A stretch of DNA of 63,000 nucleotides, counting the filler, from Bigelowiella natans CCMP2755 (Eukaryota > Protista > Cercozoa), in the NCBI GenBank assembly GCA_000320545.1. It is 8 parts of 8 records of this genome, joined end to end, with 100 filler letters (N's around TTAATTAATTAA, not from the genome) between each part and the next. Parts side by side here need not be neighbours in the genome. Positions count along the whole stretch, not along the records: positions 11,063 to 30,202 come from ADNK01000944.1; positions 30,303 to 50,823 come from ADNK01003368.1; 6 more parts are not named here. One strand, 5' to 3'. Every line of letters begins with the position of its first letter. Position 1 is the stretch's first letter. Of this stretch, positions 23,707 through 35,075 are shown one piece after another. Both the position numbers and the translations under genes were made by a program. The notes beneath the pieces were generated by a model. The model was not told where the DNA came from, made no database searches, and saw only the letters and a list, made by a program, of their open reading frames with translations.

Positions 23707-26022
23707 TCAAACCAGAGTTCTCAGTGCATCGTGATTTTGGTGGGTGGGCATGCCACCATTCTGCTCGGCAGTGCAGGTGTCCATCACACTGTCACCGCAC
23801 TTTGTCTCACTTTCGATTCCATCCAACAGGCTCACCATCACAGGATTCTCCGCAACGTCTTTGTTCGTAGCAGCTGCCTGATCCGGAAAGGTGGTCACCC
23901 CTGTGATTTCAGAAACCCCCTTCCCAGCTTTCTCTTCCGCAATGAACTGACAGCTGCTCTCCACTTTGTGCAGCCTTTGGTCTGGAGCGTCTGCCAAGGA
24001 CTCAAAAGTGGGCAGTGTGGACGACACAGCTTCATCTGCCTCACGATCATTGGATGCATCTAGCTTGTCAATGTCCCACATTTCTGGTGGTTCTGATGAC
24101 AGCAATTTCAATTCCGATGTGATGCATCCCTCCCCTTTTTGACTGCACGGTTGTGATTCTGTCTCTTTGTTCCCAACCGTCAGTCTCCGGAGCTCAGGGT
24201 CAGGGTCACCGTGGACCGCCATCGAACACAGGTTTTGCATGTCCATCCCTGTTGGGAAATCATGCGCAACCGCAGCCTTCATTGCCATGGCCCACATTTT
24301 TGCTTTGATGCAACTGGCCTTGCTCTTCGCCTTTCTGAATTTTGCCTCAAACGCAGCCTCTCCCAGAGTTTCATTTGCTCCCCCATTGAAAGACCTTGCA
24401 TGTTGTTTCTTGGCTGTGAACGTGAAAGGAATGCCCAGCTTTTTGAACCTCTGCAACACCGATGCGTGCACGGAGGTGGGTTGTGAACCACTGTCCACTG
24501 ACGCCTTTCCCTTGAACACCCCTTCAGACCCCTCCAAATGGACCAATGCCTTTCTTCTTCTTCTCAGAGTCGGATCCTCTTCACAAGGCTTCGACATTGA
24601 CTCCGCCAACTCAGCCAGATTCACCGCAGTGAGCTCCAGGGAGAGCTCATCCCAGGTGACCTCTTTCTCCTTCTTTGCGGGATTGGGTTTGGGTTCATCC
24701 TCAGCTGCTTTGTGCTGCACATCCCCTGCATCAATTCCCAGGGATTTTCCTCCATTGGGTTTCCCATCTTTCTTTTCTCCTGGCAGTTCCTTCACATGCC
24801 TGTGTTCACATCCATCTCCGAATCTGCAAGTTCCCTTTTCACAAAAGAAGCGACACACGGGTTTTCCCTCGTGCTTCTTGTGACAATCTTTCCCCTTCTT
24901 GCATCTTCCCATGAGACGTTCCGTGCACACACTGCTCACCTCCCATTTCTTTTTCTGAACGCACGGAGCTTTGGGTGGAAAGCTTTCAGCTAGCATCTTT
25001 TCTCTTTGCCTCAAGAAACTCACCATGCTGTCATGATCCTCATTGAAGCTCACATCTAGCATGGCCAATTGCAATTCCTTTGCAAACCTGTGTTTCTTGA
25101 GCAGCCTTTCGAAGTCCAACCTCTGGTCTTCGAAGTCCGGTTTTGTTCCCGGAAACCAGCTGCGCAACCTCACGCAACTGCTGCTCATGGCATCCACAAA
25201 CTTGCAGTTTTTCCTTTCCAATCTGCGAAATTCATCCTCACAATTCCTCCGGAATTTGCTTTCCGATGTCTCGTCACACAAGCATCTTGCAGCTTCATTC
25301 AGCCTCTCCTCATGATCAGGTTCTTCTCCTGGCTCCTCTCCAAAGTGATCATCCATGCGCTTTCTCGCTGCCAAGGAGAGAGAAGCTCTGAAGTGATTGC
25401 AACCCCATTCCATTGAAGTGCCCAGTGGTTGCACGTGTCCTTTCGTTTTGCTCTCCAAGTCTCCAGCCACCCTTCCAAAGTTGGCAGTGCAAGTCTTGGC
25501 CGGATCAAGCGACTGCGCTTTTGCCTTCATGGCTCCACCAAAGGATTCCAAAGCCTTTGCTTTTTGACTCATTTTTCTGTCGTCCACCACCTCTGAACCA
25601 TTCACCGACGTTGATTCCGACTCCGATGCTTCCACTGCTGCATCCACGTCTTCCGGATGAGCTAGGAACCATTCCCACACTTCTTCCGTGATCCCTTTCT
25701 TTTTGAACCTTTTGAAGAAGAACGTCCTGCTTTCTTTGTTGTCACTTGATGTTGCCGTCTCTCTTTCCATGTCCATTTTCAAACCCTCCTGAGCTGCCCC
25801 CGCTCGTGGCAACTCACGGAACACTTCGTCCGACAGCGCGCTCACCCTCGTTTCCAATCTTGCTTGCCCCTGCAAGCTCTCCAACGAACTCGGTCGCACT
25901 TTCTCCTCCGTCGTTCCGTCCGCAGGCTCTGACCTCATCCCGTCAGCAGAGCCTGACCTCCTTGCACTTCTCGCATTCATTCCTCTTTCCATCCTCTCGT
26001 TGCTGCGCCGCTGCCAGTGCAA
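23707..26022 (-). mobile_element. gag: Hypermutated LTR-retrotransposon gag-protease ORF (two CCCH zinc fingers, aspartic protease DSG motif); truncated, no RT visible
   Basis: 771-aa ORF with VCTERLMGRCKKGKDCHKKH, VCRFFCEKGTCRFGDGCEHRH and KASVDSGSQ. Contains no Tyr; ~5 TA in 2.3 kb. Confidence 0.8.
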
Positions 26023-26277
26023 TTGTCCCTCTGCGCCGCGCTTGCGCCCGCAACACGTCGCGCAATGTCGGACAATTGACGGAAAATGTCAACCGGCGCC
26101 GTCGCCGGTGTGATTCCTGCCTGGTCTCAACAATTGCGAATGCCAGAACTCCGTCTCGCACCGACACCTCCCCAGGGTCGTTGCTTGCTCTTCGTCCTCT
26201 TCGCATCTCTGCCTCCACTTCCTTTCGGCCCACCGCCGTTTGGTTCAATTGCGGAGGAGTGATTGCCGTTCACCAAC

Positions 26278-26416
26278 TGCAATCCCCTCCGTTCACTTCC
26301 CTCTCTGTCGGTCTCCTAGACTCAATTCGATGCGGAGGCAATCCCCTCCGCTCGCTTCCCTCTGTGTCGATCAAACGGAGGCAATCCCCTCCGTTTGATC
26401 CCCTCTCTGTTGACCA
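26278..26416 (-). repeat. Three tandem ~45-60-bp hairpin-containing repeats ending in a putative primer-binding site
   Basis: gcaatcccctccg occurs three times, with cggagg...cctccg stems. The minus strand reads CCAACA-AA-TGGTCAACAGAGAGGGGATC, i.e. an LTR end followed by a TGG-initiated PBS-like sequence. Confidence 0.5.
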
Positions 26417-26418
26417 TT

Positions 26419-26806
26419 TGTTGGTGATGATGATGCACTTGCTGCTCCTGTCGCAGCCCCCTTTGGTGACTAACTTGTCACCCCCGCACCATCACGACAA
26501 CCCCTTGTCGTGATGACGACCATCACGACAACCGCTTGTCGCAATGTGATGACAACAATGATGATGATGACAATGATGATGACCGTGACGACAACCGCTC
26601 GTCGTGAGCCGGTCACGTCCCAAGCGCCCCCCACCAACGGGCCGCTAAACAGGCGCCAATGTGGGCGCCAACGTGACGACAACAGCGACAATGGGCGCCT
26701 GTGAGCGCTACACTGTGTCCGCATGTCCGCCGCAACCAGGCGCGACATGCATGTGTGCACATGTCAGGATGATGTGCAACTACAGAAGAATTTTGCGGTT
26801 CCAACA
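26419..26806 (-). mobile_element. Putative 5' LTR of the hypermutated retrotransposon (outer boundary uncertain)
   Basis: TGTTGG at 26419 next to the PBS-like site and CCAACA at 26801-26806; an alternative end is at 27203. Confidence 0.3.
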
Positions 26807-27342
26807 AAGTCCAATGACAAGCTTGCGCAGAGCTTTTCGCGGTGAACAGAGTGCGGTCACTGTTGCTTCACATGCACGCCTACCTAGACGTCCGTGTGCA
26901 TGAGTGTCACCTGAAGTGGCGCCGCAGTGTGCATGGCCGCAGATTCTACTAGCATTCTGCAGCAAAAAAGTTGAAACAGCGCATTGCATTTGTCGAACAT
27001 TCACGTACTGGCGCACATCAAGAGCCGGATCATTTGAACGAACATCATGAATGATGATCCAATGATGCAACAATATAGACCACACTGGCAGCATGAGGCT
27101 ACATTTGAACGAACATGTAAACACGTAGCCTATTAGCTAGATTACAAGGTACACAAATGCACAAATTGATGAGCTTGTTGTTCGTGTGTAGGTGGTTCCA
27201 ACATTGTATTGTGATGGCAACTGTGAGAGTACGTGCATGACATCTGACTACGCATGAGTCACAGCATATTAGATCTAGCTCCTTTGCACACCAGTAGCAT
27301 AGGGTACCATATGCTCATAGATATCACCCGCCACAAATAACG

Positions 27343-27816
27343 TCAATGCGTACTGGCATACCTCAGAAAAGGAGCAATCATCAATGGACTTCCAAGAACC
27401 TTAGTGGGGGTATTTGGAACAAGCAACTCAACGATAAGAACAGCCGCATCCGCGTGAATGTTTGCACCGTCTGCATGAAAATAATGCTTGAAATTTCGGA
27501 GAAATCTTGTTGATCTTGTTTCGAAAAACGCAGACGAAAATCGCCGCGAGATGGCTACCGCAGGACGAATTCCATCGGAACCCAACAATTTCGATGGGCA
27601 TCCTTCTATTAGCTCGTTATGTTCTTTAAAAGAACATGGAATGCTTATGCATGCGGAATAGAGAGAGAGAGAGAGAGAGAGAGAGAGCGTTTGTGCGTTT
27701 GTGTGTGACGTGGTGTGATAGCAACCATTGAAATGACATCCTCGAAGTGGTTCATAAGCTCGATTTCCCATTCAGTTTGGGTGTATCTGCGACCCCATCA
27801 TACGCATATCAAATGA

Positions 27817-27886
<70 letters not shown>

Positions 27887-28231
27887 TATAAAGATAATGT
27901 GCACATCTCATTGGAAACTACAACATCTCCATCAGTCGCGACCAGCACCACACCCCACCGCACTCGCCATTATGATTGCCATCAACACGACAGCAGTAGT
28001 GGAAATGCTAAAACAACGATGACCTATACATTGTTCCTGTCAGGAAGTTATACTTTGTCTAAACATTAGATCGAGATGCGAAGTATTAAATTTTTAGCAC
28101 ATTATATTACTAATTTTGTGCACAATATATGGCAAACTATGAAGATGAAAACTTTGTCATCGCCATCGTCATCATCCTCCCCCCCCCAAACACCACGATG
28201 GGCAGCCAACAACAACAACAAGAACAACTTG

Positions 28232-28274
<43 letters not shown>

Positions 28275-28874
28275 ATATTAATACCTATGTATATAATATT
28301 ATATGCGTTGTGCTAACCGTCAGTTTTTCTCCTTCATACTTTGCCATTTCGATAACATCAGTATGGGCGTGGTGAGATGTGTGCTCGGCCAATTCGCGTT
28401 GGAAAAAGACCTTCGCATCAGCGATTAGTCTCGAAAGTCCCACTACCTACACGCACACCGTCATCAACAGCAAAACAACATTTTCTAAGTGTTTGGGGTC
28501 TGACGACTACATCCTTTTGCCTCGTTACAAGATACAGGGCAAAATCACCATCCTTTCTCTTTGAAACTTGAGAATTTCGTAAATAATCAATTGCTACACA
28601 TTGTACTTGCTACTACTGCTACTACTGCTACTACTACTATTGCTACTACTATTATTGCTACCTCTTTATCAAAGGGAAGTGTGTCAAATCGCGACGTCAG
28701 CATGAGAGAGCAGAAACGGCGTAAGCGATCAATTTTCTCTAAAATTGTCAACAATAACACTAATAAAATATCGATTACTAAACTATCGGAAAAAAAAAAA
28801 AAGCAAGTAAAAAAATGTTCATCAACGAAGGTTAATTATAATAGATACCAACAGCGTTATAAATACCAATTCCG

Positions 28875-28951
<77 letters not shown>

Positions 28952-29191
28952 ATATGTGTGTAAACTCGCGCAGGTATTATTACAAGCTTTATTCATAGCA
29001 TTGCGTTGTCTACACTACATACCGTCCTCACTGCTTTTCATTGCCTTTCCGACCCTGTCGCGCGCATACTCGGTCTGGAAAAACGCCCGCATGTACGCCT
29101 CTGGTTGGGGGGGAGGGGGAGGGGGAGGGGGGGGGTTATGAGAGTCCGACATCAATCACAAATTGCAACGATAAGAACCATTACTGCCATG

Positions 29192-29223
<32 letters not shown>

Positions 29224-30202
29224 TGTCACAGTCAGCATAGATAGACACCCTCATGATGCCGTACCCAGGGCCAGGACTCGGACTCGAAGAGGCAGTTGAG
29301 GGGAGGCGAGGGAGGCGAGTTGCTTCTGCTTCTTTTGGTCTAGAAATACGCGCTCTCGCAGCTCCACCTTGTTACGCAACGGCCCGGTCATCAATACACA
29401 TATACAGAAAGGATGAGGTAATCCGTCGTCATCGCCGGTATTCTATCACTGTTTAAGCAATAAACGCACGACCTGTGGCGACTCCGAGCATACCGATACG
29501 CTGATGGAATGGGCCCCTGCAACCTGGAGGGTGATGAGCAAATGTGTCGGTCAGATCATGAGAAAATGATGATTATGAGAAAATGATGATAATGATGATG
29601 ATGATGATGATGATAAGCAGGTGTGTCTTGAGCCTCTTCTTCATGCATTCATTCAAGTCAAAAAGCAAGGCAGCCGTCAAGCAAGTAAGCAGCAAAGTAG
29701 AGGGCGACTTCAACCACCAACAACAACATCGAGAGCATGGCAAAGTAGGGAAGGCCGAGGGGGGGGGGGCGTCCACGCATATACATGTAATGTGCAGAAA
29801 GGGCAATAGTCTTGCATATAGCATCTGATCGCGAGGATTTGATATGGCCGTTGTCATCTGCTACATTGATTCACACGGCGGAGGGGAGGGGGGGGGCATT
29901 TCCTCCTACCTCTGTCTGGTGCAGCCAATAGGGAGGAATGTACAACACGTCGCCCTTCTCCAACGTAAACTGAGCAGAAGAAGGGGGGGGGGGGGGGGGG
30001 GAAAAAAAAAAAAAAAAAAACCTGATTTTAATTTTTTGTATGAACATTGTTAGGAAGAAGAAATAGGAAAAAAAATGGAAGGATTACGGCTAACTTAATC
30101 TTTTCCCCCATTTGGGTCTTTTTTAAGAAAAGAAGGAAAATTTTTGTTCCGGAGGAATGCCTATAAACCCAGACCAAGATCTAGACGAAAAAGAGGGGGG
30201 GG
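27343..30202 (-). CDS. JmjC/Cupin_8 domain 2OG oxygenase, 3' exons (cut by spacer)
   Basis: Exon at ~29970-29908 FTLEKGDVLYIPPYWLHQTE, then VAGAHSISVSVCSES and AYMRAFFQTEYARDR. Last exon probably within ORF 27343-27650. Confidence 0.65.
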
Positions 30203-30302
30203 NNNNNNNNNNNNNNNNNNNNNNNNNNNNNNNNNNNNNNNNNNNNTTAATTAATTAANNNNNNNNNNNNNNNNNNNNNNNNNNNNNNNNNNNNNNNNNN
30301 NN

Positions 30303-30610
30303 AACCCTACCCTAACCCTAACCCTAACCCTAACCCTAACCCTAACCCTAACCCTAACCCTAACCCTAACCCTAACCCTAACCCTAACCCTAACCCTAAC
30401 CCTAACCCTAACCCTAACCCTAACCCTAACCCTAACCCTAACCCTAACCCTAACCCTAACCCTAACCCTAACCCTAACCCTAACCCTAACCCTAACCCTA
30501 ACCCTAACCCTAACCCTAACCCTAACCCTAACCCTAACCCTAACCCTAACCCTAACCCTAACCCTAACCCTAACCCTAACCCTAACCCTAACCCTAACCC
30601 TAACCCTAAC
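30303..30610 (+). repeat. Telomere (CCCTAA)n, ~51 units, at contig start
   Basis: Near-perfect CCCTAA array directly after a spacer, C-rich strand at the 5' end as expected for a left chromosome end. Confidence 0.95.
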
Positions 30611-30612
30611 TA

Positions 30613-31936
30613 TGAGCCCTGGCAAACCTGCAATGAATCACGTGAACGTGCACTTGGAAGCTTTTCGCGCGACCAAGCGCGTCACGTGATGTGATGGACA
30701 TTGGATTTGCTCGCATTTTTCTGAATTTTTTCCTGCACATCACACTGGGTCAAACACACGCGCAAAAGCATTCAAAACGTGGCAGAGAACAAACGCGCAG
30801 CGTGCATCCTCTGCACAACGGGTGTGAATTTTCACACTTTGCGCGCTTGATGAGGCCTTGAAAATGGACATTTCGGTCAACACTTCGGTCATTTTTTGAG
30901 GTTTGGCCATCGGACAAGTTCTGATGACTTTTCTTTGACCAACTGCAACTGCCTGCTGCTTCCAAGCACGTCGCAAAGCGCTGCACTGTTCACAACCCCG
31001 TCGTTGTCGGGTTTGACGGAGCTGTGTTGTGGTGGAGCTGCTGCGCGTGAAGTGAGGCAGGTTTTTTGAAAATTGCAATGAAAAGTTCAGGAGTTCCATC
31101 ACAAACGATTGTTGATCACTGCATCGCTGGAAGTTCTGTCACGAACAGCTAGTTGCTGCTGCTGCCGTGAGGTTGCGCCAAGGTCACACGTTGGTGCATG
31201 CAGTGCCACACGTGCACGTGACGTTCCCTTCGCAACCGCAACGATCCAAGTTTCCAGAAGTGATCAATGACAATGGCGTCAATGTGCAGGCAGCACGTTG
31301 GCCACAAGTGATCAGAAGCATCAAGTGATGCGCGCGCTGTTGGAAGAGAGCGACCACAAGCAGATGGGCCGTTCCAGCACGCGACAAGAGGATGCCCCTG
31401 ACCCTCCAGCCCTGACAAACCTGCCCTGGCATGTTTTTGCCTGTCATGGAACGTCAATTGTGGACTGACCATTGGATTGCAGATTTTGTCATTGCACACG
31501 CCGGTGTTTCTTTCGAAATCGTTGTGCTTTGCTGCATTCTGTTTTGTGGATTGCTGCTTTGGCTGCAGGAATTGCTGTCGCATTTGTGGATCTGCCATTG
31601 CACATCGTGAGAGTTTGATTTCGTGTTTTGCGTGCTCAGATCATGAGTGTCCATTGATGCAGAGTGACAGGCGTTGGGAGATGAACATGGGCTGTTTGTT
31701 GCGCCGACGTGAATGCACCAGTTGGCCAGCAAGCAGAGAGGATTCAAAATGAAGTTGCACGCACATGCATGCCCATGAGGTGCGTGTGTAGATGCCATGC
31801 ACACGGCTGCAGAGTCAATGAAATTGTGTTTCATTTCATTTTGATTCAACTCATTCGATCGTCAGAGAAGACAACGCATCACACAGCAAGTCGTCATCAT
31901 CTTTCCACACTCAGCGGTGTGCTCACAAACGAGGAG
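30613..31936. repeat. TpA-depleted subtelomeric sequence
   Basis: Only 2 TA counted in ~1.32 kb (CTAG ~31150, GTAG ~31789). Confidence 0.85.
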
Positions 31937-34900
31937 TAACCGAGCGGGTCCGCCGACTGCACCGTCAGATTTCGTAGCAGCAGCCCGTGTGACTGCGTGG
32001 AATATCTGAAAGCAGCGAAGGGACGCAGAGAAAGTGACAGAAGAATCAGTAAACACGCAAAATGAATGCGCAATCTAGATGGTTCAAATGATGCATCTCG
32101 TTCCACACCTTTCATCGTCGTCATTCGTAAAATAAACCAGCTCCAATGACAAAGCCGCCCAGACAGCCCTTATGGCAGAAGGATTCAACGTCACGACCCC
32201 GAAGTTTGACCGACGTACCTCGGCCAAGTGGTAACGGACCTTTTACATCGGAAAAATCAGAAACAACACGCATCACTCAATGCTCATGCTTCTCGTTGAG
32301 AGGGAAAAAAAAACATGCCACATCGCTTGAACACAACTTTCAACACCTTTTTTAAAAAAAAAAAACAACAACAGCAACAAATCGGCATTCCTATCTCGTG
32401 GTGTGCGAGTCGCTGCTGCATTGGGAGCCAATTTTTGACTTACCGGCTTAGAAAGCGAAGTGGGCTCCGATATGCTGAACAGGTGGGGCACTCCTGATTC
32501 AACGCTTTCGCTCCATGACGAGGAAGTCTCTGGCCCTATGAACCAGCCCTCATCCTTGAAGTTCTGCATTCGTGCTAGGATCGATTTGAACAGCGTAGGA
32601 TCTGTTCCTATTCGTGACGCAATGCTGCGAGGAGCCTCACCTTCGATGGCCAGGTCATACGCACACTTGAATGCTATGCGATAGGCTTCGATCGACAGGT
32701 CGAGCAAGCTGATCGATGGTAGTGATGATGACGACGATGATAATGGAGGTGAGGTTGATGTGCCTGCCCTCCTCCCTCTGGATTCGGATGCAACTACTAC
32801 TCTACACCCTCGCATCCAGTCTATGAATTCCTTGCTTGCGCCGCTGCTCTTGCTGGGTCCATGATGGAACCTTGAACATGCAGACCGCACTCGAGACCTA
32901 CGTATTCGTTATTCAACAAGTCACTCGGACGATGCCTAGTATCAATATCGACTGTTCTCCAAGGAGGGGGAGGGGAAGGGGGGGGGGGCATAGCAACAAC
33001 CAGCCCTGAGCTCTCTCTGCAATACATTTGTCATCATCATAACCATCATTCTTACCGTATGTCGTACTCATCGCCTTTTCGCGACGACGTAGCGACTGTT
33101 CCTTCTCCACTCTTCTTCCACGGAAGTACTGATGCAGCCACTCCAGTGCGGTATGCGACATGTTTGAAGGAGGTCACTACTGCCGTTGTAACTCTAAATC
33201 GAAGACAAAGAATAGAATGAGGAAGGGTAACGAGCTCCTATGTTGCTCAACAAGGACTATGACATTTTCTGGATGGGTAACTACATTCTTATTATATGTA
33301 CATTGCGGTCATGTAGATTACAGCATCGTATCAAACCCCGTTGTTTCAGCAGTAGTAGTACCTTTTCCATAGACGCTCTTGCTCTGGCGATAAAACGCCA
33401 TATTCCGAGGGCAAACTCTTTAAAATACAATGTCCAGGCTGTTTCTCGTCGTCGATTTCCGATAAAGATTTTGCATTTGCTTCTCCTCTTCCTCCTCCTT
33501 GTTCAGCAGGGATACTGCCCCATTTCACCGCGTCACGCACTTTGCCGTTGTATATAGCTTCATGGACGGACTTGGAGAGGGAGACGGAAAACATCTTGTT
33601 GAGGCAATCGAGGAAGTCTCTGGAGTCCAAGATCCCCTGATGATGGCGATTTGAAACAGCAACAAACAGTGGCGGGGATGATGGTGATGATGATTATTGT
33701 TATGATAGATCAGCAATGATGAGGGTGGATAGACGGCATAGGAGAACACAACGAACAAATACGTATGCATAATACAAAACGAGCCTGGGCGCGAGAGAAG
33801 AAAAGAGGGTGAGAGAGAATAAATGAGAGTGAGTGAGAGAGAGAGAAAGAGAGAGAGAGAATAAGCGAAGTATATTCGAAGAAGTTACCGTCATCAGCCC
33901 AGTTGTGTATTCATATGAATCGATTCCAATTGCACCAACAGGCTGCGCGGTGTTGAAGGGGTATGGGTTCAGCATCTTGGAGCAAACGCCTCCATCGCCC
34001 CCCCCCCCGTCGTCGGCGAACACGCTGTTTTCGATGATCCTGTCAACGACGTTTGCCTCTACGGTGTGGCAAGATGTTGTCTGGATATGAAAGTAAAAAC
34101 AGCACTGAGGTCATCATGTTTCAAGCAGAGATGCAATCCATAGATCAGAACACGTGGGAATTATTATGTCTGATGAGAGGAGAGCTGTTACTACAATCCC
34201 CTTACATGCTAACCAACCGCGTAAGTGCCTATCACCGCTACGATTGTTCGAATTCTCTCGATTATCCACAACCTGCAGCTCTAAGCCTTTGACGGTGACG
34301 ATAACGTAGTCGTTGCCCTCCTCGAGCATCTAGCAAGATAACCATAATCACCGTAAGCATAGTAGTAGCATTTGAAAGTGGTTGGTGTGTTTAGACTCTG
34401 CTTATGAATCATCATAGTATTTATTATACCTGTACCCATACAAAGTAGGGTTCCTTTCGCAGAGCGAAGAAGTCCCCCGCCCTTGCTCTCGAGAGCATTC
34501 CACTGGAGACGTGCCGCCGAATAGCCGCGAGAATGCTCGGAAGCATCTGCTTGTAGTAAGGAGTCGATGCGTCGTTGGAATGGTTGGAGGTTGAGCGAAG
34601 GAGCGATGGGAGGCACCGGAGGGGGCGGGGATATCCTAGAAGGAAGATAGGTAGGCCGAAGACAGGCACTACAGGAGCCATAAGAACGGATGATACGCAT
34701 ATCACAGCGAAGTGAATCGGCGCCAACAGCACAGAGAGGGTGATTATCGTCGCCTGTGATAACGTGTGAAGCTTGGGATCTACGATATGAGAGACCGTTA
34801 GGCACACCGCGTACTCCAGTTTGCGAAGGAGATCACGGAGACGGTCCACGAACATGCAGCTTAGCATAAAAGCCGCACTAAACCTGGAAGCAAAAAGGAG

Positions 34901-35043
34901 GGCGCTTTAGTAATGATGCTGATGCTGATTCTGATGATGATGAGGATGATGAGGATGATGAGGATGATGATATTGGTGAAAGAATAATGATGAGAAGAAG
35001 AATAAGAAGAATAAGAAGAATAAGAAGAAGAGGAGGAGGAGGT

Positions 35044-35075
<32 letters not shown>

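Larger units (their letters stand above)
21950..27120. repeat. Large TpA-depleted transposon-relic island
   Basis: TA almost absent over ~5 kb; survivors almost all CTAG, CTAN or NTAG. Contains a retrotransposon relic, an interstitial telomeric tract and a gene-like exon. Confidence 0.85.

Noticed and set aside
23707-26022. Alternative genetic code or codon bias as the cause of Tyr absence
   Set aside because: TA is missing in all codon positions and in non-coding flanks, and host genes use TAT/TAC and TAA/TAG normally.
24167-26513. Long overlapping plus-strand ORFs (238 aa, 255 aa) and other Cys/His-rich, Tyr-free ORFs in islands
   Set aside because: By-products of missing TAA/TAG stops after TpA loss; no recognisable domains.
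21950-27120. CpG methylation decay or classical RIP as the cause of TG/CA richness
   Set aside because: CpG remains frequent (cgcgcg, gcgccg) while TpA is the missing dinucleotide; RIP would increase TpA.
30251-30625. ORF of poly-(RV)
   Set aside because: Translation of the telomere array running into the spacer.
32120-32180. Apparent frameshift in a late pecanex exon
   Set aside because: Careful reading gives a continuous frame, AIRAVWAALSLELVYFTNDDDER.
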